Shown here: positions 52,121-61,819 of the stretch, piece by piece
How the letters are laid out: each line of letters starts with the position of its first letter
Position numbering within the stretch: position 1 is the first letter of the stretch
IMG/VR virus record: IMGVR_UViG_3300042343_000261
Location: 6,988-70,987 of that record
From: a virus
DNA: 64,000 bases
Strand: one strand, 5' to 3'
Notes under the pieces: model-generated
Told to the model about the DNA's origin: nothing
The model's input: only the letters and a program-made list of their open reading frames with translations
Database searches by the model: none
Made by a program: the position numbers and the translations under genes

Positions 52121-55100
52121 TTAAATTCCTGTATATGCTAAACTGTATGCGTGTAATTGTGAGAGTAAGTTTAACGGTGCGCTTACCCAGGTAGTTCCGT
52201 CCGATGTTAATACATTTCCTGCAGTGCCGGCACTTGATAATCCAGTACCGCCATGTGTTGCTGGTAACACGTTAACCCATGCCGGAACATTTGACGAAAC
52301 TGTTAAAATTGCTCCATTTGTGCCAATTGCTAATTTTGATAATACAGTTGATCCACTTGCATATAAAATATCACCAGTGGTATATGTTGTAATATCAGTG
52401 CCGCCTTTTGATACTGGTATAGCAGAACTAAAATGAGTTGGATCTAAAAAATATGTAGAATCATGAGAATCTAAAGTTGCTGCATCTAATACACCATTTT
52501 TAAGTTGTACTTGTCCTGAAAGTAAACTATCGCCAGTACCTACTGAGAATTGAGTAGTATTAAAACTCGCAGCACCTAGTGTTGAAAATAAACCAACTCC
52601 GCCAGTTTTATCAACACTAACCATATCAACTGTTACTGCACCGTATTTAGCACCAGTTCCAGACCCCGTAATAGTTAACGCTGCATTAGTAGATTGGATA
52701 GACGATACCGCCGGAGACCATGAAGAATCTCCTCGTAAAAATGTATTACTGTTAGCAGCACCAGAAACTGCTAATCTTGTAGTATCAATAACGCCTGATA
52801 TAATATTAGCTGCATCTATACTTGAGGTTGCAATTAAACCCCAACTTGATGCAACTCTACTACTTGTGTTAATTACACCAATTATATTAACTTGGTCAGT
52901 GATAAATGTACATGTTCCTGATCCAATTGCTGTAATATTTATTGCTGCAATGATCGAACCGTTAATGCTTTGTAATGCATCAGATCGAAGTGTATGCAGT
53001 GTAAATGTATTAGTAGTAACTGATCCTACAAAGAATGTTTCTCGATCTGGTATTACGTGACCATAACTAGATGGTAGCGAAGACCCAGTGATTGTAACTG
53101 CAGTACCATTTGTTATACCATGTGCAGGTGCATAGAATCTATCATTATCTAAATTTACAACATGTAAATAAAAGAAATGTATGCCAGATGAACTTGATCC
53201 AAATATTACCTTATTTGCAGAAGATGCTGTATAATCTGTATATAATTCAATTACATCATTTGAAATTTTCTTAACAAAATAAGATAACGCAATTAATCCG
53301 CTAATCGGAGGATTAAATGAAGAATCATATGTTATTGAATCACCAGTACTTAATCCGTGTCCAACAATCGTTATTTGGTTTAGTACATAGTTAACGTCAC
53401 CGCCTATATCAATCGAGGTTGCATTAAATGACTTAGTTGTTATATCAGTTAATGTTAGTGTTTTAGTAATACTTAAATTATCTGCTACAAAATCAGGTGA
53501 CGCTTCTGATCCAATAAATGCAACACCTGAAATAATATCTAAATATACTCGGGTTTCAACACTAGATACTTTAACATTAAATAAACTACCAGTTCCACCT
53601 AAATATGTATTTGATGCAGATAATATATCATCAATTGCATATCCAATACCGCCATATGTTATATCAACTGTAGTAACACTACCTAATGTTACCGTAATGT
53701 TAGCAACTGCGCCTGATCCAGTTCCGGTAGATGAGATTAGTGGAACATGAATATATGTTCCTGATACGTATGAACTTCCTCCAACTATTGTTAAATTATT
53801 AACTGTAGTAATTACGCCAGATTTTAATTCAGTTACTTCGCCATCTGCATGGTTATTTACTGCTGTAATAATTGACCGAACAGTACCAGTTGCGTTAATA
53901 GGAGTTATAAATGTTAATGTTGATATTAAATTTTCAGGGATTGACGATAATTCAGGAAATGTTATTGTAAACTCGCGTGGATTAACCCCCATATTAACAT
54001 TAGTAATAATAGAACCTGGTGGAATATCTCCACCGAACACATAATCGCCATTATTAATAGTTCCTGTTAAATTCGATGATGTAACAGTACCGGTTGTAGT
54101 AGTTGAATTAACTGCTGCATTTACTATTGCACCTTGATATGCAGTAAACGTAGTTGATGTAGTCGAAACACCAGTTTTATTAAATTTAAACCTAGTAGTA
54201 CTTATTATCGATGGGTATGAGATTCCGTTATACTCAGCAATTGATGACGTAGTTTTAATATGAGAAACCGAAGTTAACCCATGAGGTGCAGCTGTAGTAA
54301 CATATACTACATTATTGTATCTCAATATTTTAGCAACAGAACTAATAGTATACGAATATGAACTAGTATTTGGTAATATTACATATTGACTAACATTTGT
54401 AGTTCTAAGTATGTGATTTTCAACCACATTTGCAACTGCACTAATTGTCATACAGTATGCAGTAGTTATAGTAGATCCAATTGTTAAAGTGTCAAGCGAT
54501 GATATAGTAGTAAATGGAGTTTTAAATGTATCGTAATCACTTGCTATTATAATAACTGACGAATCAACATAATTTCCTTTTATTATACCGATCGCATTTG
54601 TATTAGCCTGGACTACAATGTCGCCATCTGATGCAGTTACTAAAGAACTTAATGATACTGAAATAGATTGATATTCTTCTGAACTAGTATCACCTGCTAG
54701 AAATTCAACAGCCGGAATATCATCAGCAGCACGTAGTCTTGACGAATATCCGTATGTTACAACAGATGTAACAGTGCGCTGTGGCGGAATTAAATCAGTA
54801 TTAATTTGCCCAACTGAGTTTAACTGTACTATTGCACCCGGAATTGAGTTAGTGCTAACTCCTTTGTCAATAAAATCGCCTAATCGATCTTGAAGATAAG
54901 ACCAAGTTGCTAATTGTGTGCTTAATGCATTGTTTGACGGTCCTGATATTTCGTTTTCGCCTAACCCTATATCTGTACTAATACTACTAATAGCAATATC
55001 ACTAAATGATAATTTTAAAACCGATAGTTCTTGAATATCAACACGATTTTTAAATGTAATATTTCCAGTTCTATTATATGCAGTAATAAAATTACCAACT

Positions 55101-58100
55101 TTAAAATCACCTAATTCATTTGTACCAGAGGTATAAACTCGACCTGCAAGTTCTTGTACTTGTTCAAATGCAGGAACAGTTTGTCCGCCATTTTGAGGTA
55201 ATGCGTTATAGTCAATACCGGATCCGGCATATTCCCATGTATGTCCAGATGAGTTAACAACACTCGGACGATGAAAAAATATTTTTTTACCAATTAATGC
55301 TGTTACATTTTGCAATCCACCGCCTGTTATAGTTGGTTTAATCGAAAATGTACTAGTGTATAAATCAGTTCTTAAAGAAACTGAGCTAATTAACACATTA
55401 ATAACAAATGATCCTGCTTTAGTAATTCTAGAGTTAGGAATGAATAATGTTTGGGTTGGTGTAGATCCATTTTGTGGTATTAAATAATCAATACTTACAA
55501 TTAATGTGTTAGGGGCTGTAAATTTGTATACATACGCACGGGTAGGAGAACCGCTTACAGTTCCTTCAATAACTTGTCCGGTAGTAAATACAAATGCATT
55601 TGATATCAATGTAAGAGTTTGATATTTGTTGTGCGACTGTACTACTGAATCAACACATAGTTCATAATCTTGTTTAGTAAACGAATGAGTTCCTATGCTA
55701 AGAGACGTAATATCAATTAAAATTGACAATCCTTCGTCTTGTGCTAACTTAAATTGAGTTGGACTAATATATGCAATGTAATAATCACTACCGGTAAATA
55801 AACCACCTAACGGTACATTACCGTTACTATTGTATGTTACTGATTCGTTATTTAAAAAACCATGTGGCGATGAAAACGTAAACACATTTGGAGGAACTTC
55901 AGTACTTAATGTAACTGCAGTTGTTGCATTAAATGAAACACTTATATAACTCGATGATTGTAATTTATAAGTAGATGTTACATCAGTGCTAGAGTACAAT
56001 GGATTATTGTTTATAAAATCAGTAACAAACCCTGCAATTGCAGATTTATCAGTTACTAACATAGTGTATTGTGCAATAGATACAGGAGATGCCCAAGCAG
56101 TACTAGGTGAAATGACTGACGGTGTATTTCCAGAATTAATAGTATTGTGGATTTCTTGAAATCTCGCTTTAGCAAAAATAACTGCATCAGTTGAGGCAGG
56201 GTTTAAATTAACTTGTTGAATATCAGTATTGCCTGTTGACTTTGTCCAACTTGATGTGTTGTTAGTAATAATATATTCAATTATATCACGTAATCGAAGT
56301 TGAACTGCAAGTGCTGCTGGTTTTTCGGCAGCAAGTTCGACAAATGTTCCAAACGAATAATATGCTCGAGCAGCAACTATTGTTTCTAAATTACCGCCAG
56401 TAAGAATATCATATTGTATTGCATCTATAATATATCCAATATCTCGTGTACATTTATTTTTCTGTAATACAGACAAACCATTCCATACAGATGTAAATGC
56501 AGATTCCATATAGGCAGATATTTCAGATTGTACGAACGATTTATTTGCAGCAATCAATACAGCAGCATTTGCAAATCCGGAAGTAATAGTCGGTGGACTT
56601 GGCATTACTATAGTCGGTAACGGGGAAATAAGACCAGTTGTACTGCTACTAGACCCATCCCTTACTAAATTTATAATAATATCCATGTTATCACTAACTG
56701 ATGTTACTAGTACAGGGTCTCCGCCGATGTTATTAACTAAGTAATTTTTTAAATAAGTAAATGCATTAACAGTAGCTGCACGTTGAGCACCTAATACTAT
56801 AGATGCTTGTGCTTCAAAATATGACATAGCTGCTTTTATTGATCTAAAGTTACAATTAAACATCATATCATAACCAATTGCATCAATGACGTAGCCGATA
56901 TCACGCTGGCAAACATCAACTTTGTAAACTAATTCGTTATTACTTCTAAAACGAATAACAAATTCGTTAACTGGGCCGCCTTCGCGTAATGTACCAAGTG
57001 AGGTAATTGTAGTAGAAGTTCCTGATGACCCTGAACTTGCAACAAATCCTTTGTCAAACGTAAATGCATAAGGTGAATATCCCGACGATCTTAACGCATA
57101 CTTACCAAAGTTAGTTGCAGAGTTAGTAATAGACGCGTAACCGCCACTTTGTGTATACACACCGTTTAATAAAAATAATTGGAAACATGATACTATCTGT
57201 ACATAAGCATCGTTAATAACTCTCCAGCCAGTTCCGCCAAAACTAACCATAGTAAATGCACTACCAATCATTGATTTACACTGAACTGGCGCTATTCCTG
57301 CAGGATTTAATTCAACTTCAGAAATGTTGTCCGGAACGTTTGGAGAAGAAACTTTATTACCGTCAACTAAACATCCATTTCCGCCTAAAAAGCTAAGTAT
57401 AGATACTGTTAAAATGTACGGCGATAATGTCATTATTGATTTAGAAGTTGGTAAGTTTGTATAGCCAACCCTGCTTACAGTAGTGTCTGCAACATCATCA
57501 AATGCAATTGCATAATCCCATGTAAACGACGGAACACCTACTGCATTTACTCCATCTCTAAATGTAAAGTTATTCATGTAGCAGCCGTTTCTAACTCTAA
57601 ACATATCTTTATGTGCATTTAGCGGACGTACAATACATGATCTTAAACTATCACCAACTAAGCTAACAAAATCAGGAACAATAATTGGGTTGTCTTCAGA
57701 ATAATCACCGGATGCTAATTGTACAATAACACGAGAGCCATTAACAACTTTAGCCGAAGTGTATACTAAACTAGCTGCAATTTGCATCGCTCGTTTAATT
57801 GTTTTTACTGGTTGAGAAATCCCGTCGTTTGCATCGTTACCAAATTTAGCAGAAACAAATATACGATTTCCGCCTTGATCAAAATTAACAAATTCAAGTT
57901 TTCCGTCTCCGGTGGCTGATAACAGTTGACCTGGATTACCTATATCATTAGGTAATTCTAATGAATAGTTATTTAAAATAGAAGCAGGTGACTTAATACT
58001 AATATAGTTACTACCATTAGCTGGATCTTCGTATAATCTAATTTCTCCATCTTCGATGCTAATCTCGGTAAATTTACCTGTACTAGGAGTAGTTGATCCA

Positions 58101-58621
58101 ATTGGAGTATTTTGAATACTATCTGCAATAAATGGAACATTACTTGTCCAAGCACCTGTGCTCATATTCCATACGATAGTTTTATTAGTAGTACCTTTTA
58201 AAGTAATACCGCCCATATTAGCTGTTGAGTCGCTAGGAAAATCAACTGAACCTAATTCAATATTTTTATCGTCAACGCTTATTGTAGTTGAATTAACAGT
58301 TGTAGTAGTACCGTTTACTGTTAAATTACCTTGAATAGCAACATTGTTGTTGAATACAGTATTGCCAGATGATGAGCCAATGTTAAGACTAGTTGCTGCT
58401 CCTGCAAAATTTACAGTAGTTGCTGCTCCTGCAAAATTTACAGTAAGCGCAGAGGTGTTAAGTAAATCAAAACTAGTGCTAGTAGTGGTTAATGATGTTA
58501 AAATATTAGGACTTGTTGATAAAACAAGACTGCCGGTCCCAGTTGATGTAGATGTTCCAGTACCACCTACATTAACAGGTAATATTCCACTTTTAAGTAA
58601 ACTTGAAAGAGTAATCGCCAT
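52121..58621 (-). CDS. Giant virion structural/fibre protein (2166 aa)
   Basis: LPVNVGGTG fibre motifs; FVS...GND.NDG...P.KTI..A beta-helix lid; C.RDIGY.IDA repeats; HG...G..VTY repeats. Confidence 0.75.
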   Translation of the reverse strand: MAITLSSLLKSGILPVNVGGTGTSTSTGTGSLVLSTSPNILTSLTTTSTSFDLLNTSALTVNFAGAATTVNFAGAATSLNIGSSSGNTVFNNNVAIQGNLTVNGTTTTVNSTTISVDDKNIELGSVDFPSDSTANMGGITLKGTTNKTIVWNMSTGAWTSNVPFIADSIQNTPIGSTTPSTGKFTEISIEDGEIRLYEDPANGSNYISIKSPASILNNYSLELPNDIGNPGQLLSATGDGKLEFVNFDQGGNRIFVSAKFGNDANDGISQPVKTIKRAMQIAASLVYTSAKVVNGSRVIVQLASGDYSEDNPIIVPDFVSLVGDSLRSCIVRPLNAHKDMFRVRNGCYMNNFTFRDGVNAVGVPSFTWDYAIAFDDVADTTVSRVGYTNLPTSKSIMTLSPYILTVSILSFLGGNGCLVDGNKVSSPNVPDNISEVELNPAGIAPVQCKSMIGSAFTMVSFGGTGWRVINDAYVQIVSCFQLFLLNGVYTQSGGYASITNSATNFGKYALRSSGYSPYAFTFDKGFVASSGSSGTSTTITSLGTLREGGPVNEFVIRFRSNNELVYKVDVCQRDIGYVIDAIGYDMMFNCNFRSIKAAMSYFEAQASIVLGAQRAATVNAFTYLKNYLVNNIGGDPVLVTSVSDNMDIIINLVRDGSSSSTTGLISPLPTIVMPSPPTITSGFANAAVLIAANKSFVQSEISAYMESAFTSVWNGLSVLQKNKCTRDIGYIIDAIQYDILTGGNLETIVAARAYYSFGTFVELAAEKPAALAVQLRLRDIIEYIITNNTSSWTKSTGNTDIQQVNLNPASTDAVIFAKARFQEIHNTINSGNTPSVISPSTAWASPVSIAQYTMLVTDKSAIAGFVTDFINNNPLYSSTDVTSTYKLQSSSYISVSFNATTAVTLSTEVPPNVFTFSSPHGFLNNESVTYNSNGNVPLGGLFTGSDYYIAYISPTQFKLAQDEGLSILIDITSLSIGTHSFTKQDYELCVDSVVQSHNKYQTLTLISNAFVFTTGQVIEGTVSGSPTRAYVYKFTAPNTLIVSIDYLIPQNGSTPTQTLFIPNSRITKAGSFVINVLISSVSLRTDLYTSTFSIKPTITGGGLQNVTALIGKKIFFHRPSVVNSSGHTWEYAGSGIDYNALPQNGGQTVPAFEQVQELAGRVYTSGTNELGDFKVGNFITAYNRTGNITFKNRVDIQELSVLKLSFSDIAISSISTDIGLGENEISGPSNNALSTQLATWSYLQDRLGDFIDKGVSTNSIPGAIVQLNSVGQINTDLIPPQRTVTSVVTYGYSSRLRAADDIPAVEFLAGDTSSEEYQSISVSLSSLVTASDGDIVVQANTNAIGIIKGNYVDSSVIIIASDYDTFKTPFTTISSLDTLTIGSTITTAYCMTISAVANVVENHILRTTNVSQYVILPNTSSYSYTISSVAKILRYNNVVYVTTAAPHGLTSVSHIKTTSSIAEYNGISYPSIISTTRFKFNKTGVSTTSTTFTAYQGAIVNAAVNSTTTTGTVTSSNLTGTINNGDYVFGGDIPPGSIITNVNMGVNPREFTITFPELSSIPENLISTLTFITPINATGTVRSIITAVNNHADGEVTELKSGVITTVNNLTIVGGSSYVSGTYIHVPLISSTGTGSGAVANITVTLGSVTTVDITYGGIGYAIDDILSASNTYLGGTGSLFNVKVSSVETRVYLDIISGVAFIGSEASPDFVADNLSITKTLTLTDITTKSFNATSIDIGGDVNYVLNQITIVGHGLSTGDSITYDSSFNPPISGLIALSYFVKKISNDVIELYTDYTASSANKVIFGSSSSGIHFFYLHVVNLDNDRFYAPAHGITNGTAVTITGSSLPSSYGHVIPDRETFFVGSVTTNTFTLHTLRSDALQSINGSIIAAINITAIGSGTCTFITDQVNIIGVINTSSRVASSWGLIATSSIDAANIISGVIDTTRLAVSGAANSNTFLRGDSSWSPAVSSIQSTNAALTITGSGTGAKYGAVTVDMVSVDKTGGVGLFSTLGAASFNTTQFSVGTGDSLLSGQVQLKNGVLDAATLDSHDSTYFLDPTHFSSAIPVSKGGTDITTYTTGDILYASGSTVLSKLAIGTNGAILTVSSNVPAWVNVLPATHGGTGLSSAGTAGNVLTSDGTTWVSAPLNLLSQLHAYSLAYTGI

Positions 58622-58648
58622 TTATAAATCCTTTGTTATAGTTGTAAG

Positions 58649-58656
58649 TATTTATC
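58649..58656 (-). promoter_or_regulatory. Late-promoter-like GATAAATA heading the fibre block
   Basis: Same octamer at 2810, 4676, 9129, 61773 (minus) and 14806, 15656 (plus), each just upstream of a start codon. Confidence 0.65.
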
Positions 58657-58743
58657 TGTATGGCGTTACTGTATTTCGTTAGCGGTAATTGTTATAGGTA
58701 ATTTTGGTTGTTTTCTTTTTGTAAATCCATTTTCTATAAAACC

Positions 58744-59040
58744 CCATGGCAAGGTCTTACTAGAGAAATAGAAGAAGAAATTGGATTTCTTCCAGTCATT
58801 AAAAAAACACTACCGTTAGAAAAATTTGTATCTAACGATAGTGTCTTTAATTTTCATACATATTTTTGTTTAGTAGAAAATGAATTTGTACCAACATTAA
58901 GTGATGAGCATATTGCTTGGGGTTGGTTTAGTTTAGTTGCACTACCGAAACCAATACATCGCGGGTTAAATCTTAGCTTGCGTAACAAGATTATCCAAAC
59001 TAAGATTCAAACTGTTATTGATATTATTGATAGCCTCTAA
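58744..59040 (+). pseudogene. 5'-truncated second copy of the Nudix gene (direct repeat copy 2)
   Basis: 97 of 98 aa identical to the C-terminal part of 18627-19076. It lacks the first 51 codons, including half of the Nudix box, and the only in-frame start is a TTG in unrelated sequence. Confidence 0.85.
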
Positions 59041-59124
59041 TCCTGCGTCATTGCTAATTACAACATTAGTATGAATAATCCCTGCCTCTAATGCGTAGTA
59101 TAAGATATGTACCTAGTTATTGTA

Positions 59125-59529
59125 TTATACAATTGCGTCTAATTCGTCGTGTGTTGTTGCTAATGAAATAGCGTTAAGTTTAGCAATCATATCTGCTTTA
59201 GCGTGTTCTACTGCAGCAGCATCATAAACTTCAGAATTATCTGAAATTGCATTGTGTGCCTGTTGATTTGTAATTCGTAAGAATAGACTTTTTGCCTTGT
59301 TTTTTTCATTAGATTTTCTTTCAGCCAATGATGCTTCTATAATAGAATATGAAACTTGTATTGGGGTTTTTAACAAATCGTATTGCGGAATTGCTATCTG
59401 TCTTGTAGTAAGTGTAGGTTCTTTTTCAGTTAAAACTGCATCTCTCCAAGTAGAATCTGGTTCTTGTGGAAGTTTCCACAAGTTAATTGAACCGTCTTCA
59501 TTTATTTTCACTTTAACTATAGTATTCAT
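59125..59529 (-). CDS. Hypothetical protein, possibly fibre-assembly type
   Basis: 134 aa, GGAG SD, exact TATAAATA at 59590-59597; C-terminal AISLATTHDELDAI resembles the end of 26389-27021. Confidence 0.5.
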   Translation of the reverse strand: MNTIVKVKINEDGSINLWKLPQEPDSTWRDAVLTEKEPTLTTRQIAIPQYDLLKTPIQVSYSIIEASLAERKSNEKNKAKSLFLRITNQQAHNAISDNSEVYDAAAVEHAKADMIAKLNAISLATTHDELDAIV

Positions 59530-59622
59530 TTTTAATCTCCTTTAGATGTAATTGATTTCTGTTGTTTTCTTCACCCAACTATATTGTAGTATTTATACAA
59601 TTAGTCAGGTATGGTTATATGA

Positions 59623-60375
59623 TTAAAGGTAAGTTATATCAGTTGTTTTCTTTTGATATATCCATTTTCTATAAAAGCCGGGAGATTTTGTTCGGTAAGT
59701 AAAGTTAGCTAACCCGGTCTCTTTCTGATTTATTAATCCAACTTCGGCTGTAATGTCTTCTCGTTTATACGGAATAACATGCAACATTGGAGTACCTGCA
59801 TATATTTTAACACGCATTTCTCTTAATGGTGAAAACATAACATTAATTGTATGGTAATGATCATAATCGTTTATTCCCGGATATAAAAATAAATCTCTTA
59901 AAAATGGAGAATGATATAACGCAGGCATAACAAATGCAGAATATCCCGGTTTAGTAAATACTTTCCACGGGCACGGTAATTTTAATGCGTGATGCGCAAT
60001 ATCATCATCAATATTTGCAGATCCAGTGACTACACGATAATCCATTTGTTCAAACGGTTTGCAAACAAAACTAGTAGAATTACCAATAATAATGTTTGCC
60101 TTTGTTTTATCGACAATTATTTCAAAATCTTCCCAGGCTGGAATAATATACCCAATTCTATAATAATCATGCATTCCGGGGCACGATGAAAACTTATGAG
60201 TTTTATTTTTTTCAGCAGTTTTAAGTTGGTCAATTAACCAGTCTGGTTTTACATCCATTGCACGCCGAACCGGTTGGCCAACTTCATATCCCGGGATATC
60301 GCATTTAAATCTAATCATAGGTGTTGGATTTACCGTTTCATTAAATATTGACTTAATTTTAGATAATATAGACAT
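59623..60375 (-). CDS. Hypothetical protein (DUF6065-like/beta-clip fold), paralogue of the next gene
   Basis: CPGM.DY...GYIIPAW.D, PW...T.PGYS, PG..D.D.Y, AGTP...IP.KR. Confidence 0.55.
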   Translation of the reverse strand: MSILSKIKSIFNETVNPTPMIRFKCDIPGYEVGQPVRRAMDVKPDWLIDQLKTAEKNKTHKFSSCPGMHDYYRIGYIIPAWEDFEIIVDKTKANIIIGNSTSFVCKPFEQMDYRVVTGSANIDDDIAHHALKLPCPWKVFTKPGYSAFVMPALYHSPFLRDLFLYPGINDYDHYHTINVMFSPLREMRVKIYAGTPMLHVIPYKREDITAEVGLINQKETGLANFTYRTKSPGFYRKWIYQKKTTDITYL

Positions 60376-61094
60376 TATTTTTTTACTCTAAGATTTTTAA
60401 CATAATAGCTTGATTGGTTTGATTGCTTTAATCGAGTAACTTCTCGGTTATGCCATTCTTCAGGTGTATATGGTCGTACTTTATAGTTTTCAATAGTAGT
60501 ACTACGTTTGAATGGAATACATTGAATTATAGGAGTTCCGGCTAACACAGTATCATCGTAATTATTAGCCAGCCAAACTGTAGGAAAATTTATTTCTCTA
60601 TCGTACTTATCGGTGTCAACTACTGCACCTAATGTTATAAACCTAGATTCTAAGTGATTAATTGGTGATGTGAACATACAAGAATATCCAGGTGGAGTTT
60701 TTATTACAAAATGATTAATAAACTTAATCAAATGTTTCTTAGGAAATGGAAAATTAGGACTTACTTGATCTTGGGAGTGTTCTTCTGTTTGTTTAATAAA
60801 TTGATTTTCAGTAATATCAATTAATGACGCATCTTCGTTTGTTCTAATATGAACATCACCGGCTAATGGAATAATGAACCCATGTGTCATTGCATCCATC
60901 ATTGGCAAACATTTTTTAGCAGTCATAGCCGGCGCGCCGGACACATCTCTATTAGATTTAGAATGTGACGGGATAGATTTATACCAATCTGGGATAAACT
61001 TATTAGCAGGTGCTGGTGGTATCAATACCTCTGCAAATTCTTCTGTTGTTAAGAATTCAATTACTGGAGATTTAAAAATAGAAATTAGCGACAT
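60375..61094 (-). CDS. Hypothetical protein (DUF6065-like/beta-clip fold)
   Basis: KKC.P..DAM..G.IIPL, IKTPPGYS, VDTD.Y, AGTPI.Q.IPFKR. Confidence 0.55.
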   Translation of the reverse strand: MSLISIFKSPVIEFLTTEEFAEVLIPPAPANKFIPDWYKSIPSHSKSNRDVSGAPAMTAKKCLPMMDAMTHGFIIPLAGDVHIRTNEDASLIDITENQFIKQTEEHSQDQVSPNFPFPKKHLIKFINHFVIKTPPGYSCMFTSPINHLESRFITLGAVVDTDKYDREINFPTVWLANNYDDTVLAGTPIIQCIPFKRSTTIENYKVRPYTPEEWHNREVTRLKQSNQSSYYVKNLRVKK

Positions 61095-61107
61095 ATACCC
61101 TTCTGTG

Positions 61108-61707
61108 TTATTTAAATTTTGAACCGAGAACCCAACATACTAAACTTTTACGTTTACCTGATAAGACTTCAGTTACTTGATGTGGTACAAATGAAGGAAA
61201 GAACAGTATATCTCCTTTATTAACTTCTATACTTTTTACTTGGTCTGGATTTCCTTCAGGTATAATTTGAAATTTTCCACCTGTAAATTCAGTCTCCGGA
61301 TCTGATAATACTACTGATACTCCTAATTTTCTATGATGTGGCCCAAACGTATCTTTAACAGCGCCGTCAATATGCCATTTATAATATTCACCTTCTGTAT
61401 ACGTTGTATATTGAAATGAATCTATGTGCGATAACTCAAATTGGAATTTATCAGTATTAACTCTAGCAACAATTTCTACCATTTTGTTAAACAACCAACC
61501 AGTTTGGTCATTAGGACGAATCCACGATACCGAACTTTTTCTAACTGTATCATCTGTACTGCCTTTACTTTGATTTCCAACTTTAGCTTGCTGAAATTCT
61601 AAATTATCACCAATTTTAATAATTTCTTCAATATCGTTGTCTGTAAGTGCACCTGACCAACAAACAATTGGTTCAAGTGCTGAATGAATATCTGGTATTG
61701 TAAACAT
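61108..61707 (-). CDS. 2OG-Fe(II) oxygenase (prolyl-4-hydroxylase/PKHD-like)
   Basis: Y.WHID (HxD), RKL...V.LS, F.GG.F, FPSF..H.VT.V..G.RKSLV.W. Confidence 0.9.
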   Translation of the reverse strand: MFTIPDIHSALEPIVCWSGALTDNDIEEIIKIGDNLEFQQAKVGNQSKGSTDDTVRKSSVSWIRPNDQTGWLFNKMVEIVARVNTDKFQFELSHIDSFQYTTYTEGEYYKWHIDGAVKDTFGPHHRKLGVSVVLSDPETEFTGGKFQIIPEGNPDQVKSIEVNKGDILFFPSFVPHQVTEVLSGKRKSLVCWVLGSKFK

Positions 61708-61729
61708 AAAACTATCTTTTAAATAATGT

Positions 61730-61755
61730 TAACATCACCTACATAGGTGATGTTA
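61730..61755. other. Intergenic perfect hairpin
   Basis: TAACATCACCT-ACAT-AGGTGATGTTA between a GATAAATA motif and the oxygenase start. Confidence 0.6.
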
Positions 61756-61819
61756 TTAATATAATGTAAAAATATTTATCAATCGTCAAAGTACAACATT
61801 ACAAATCTGAGAGACATAT

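Noticed and set aside
58391-58445. 27-bp tandem duplication (TVNFAGAAT x2)
   Set aside because: Ordinary in-frame slippage duplication in a fibre gene.
58708-59040. Independent functional second Nudix gene
   Set aside because: TTG start in unrelated sequence, no clear SD, and the N-terminal strands plus half of the Nudix box are missing.
568-60189. Numerous short antisense or alternate-frame ORFs (e.g. 979-1380, 41092-41667, 50637-51230, 15663-15857)
   Set aside because: They are shadows of long genes in low-complexity or codon-biased regions and carry no recognisable motifs.
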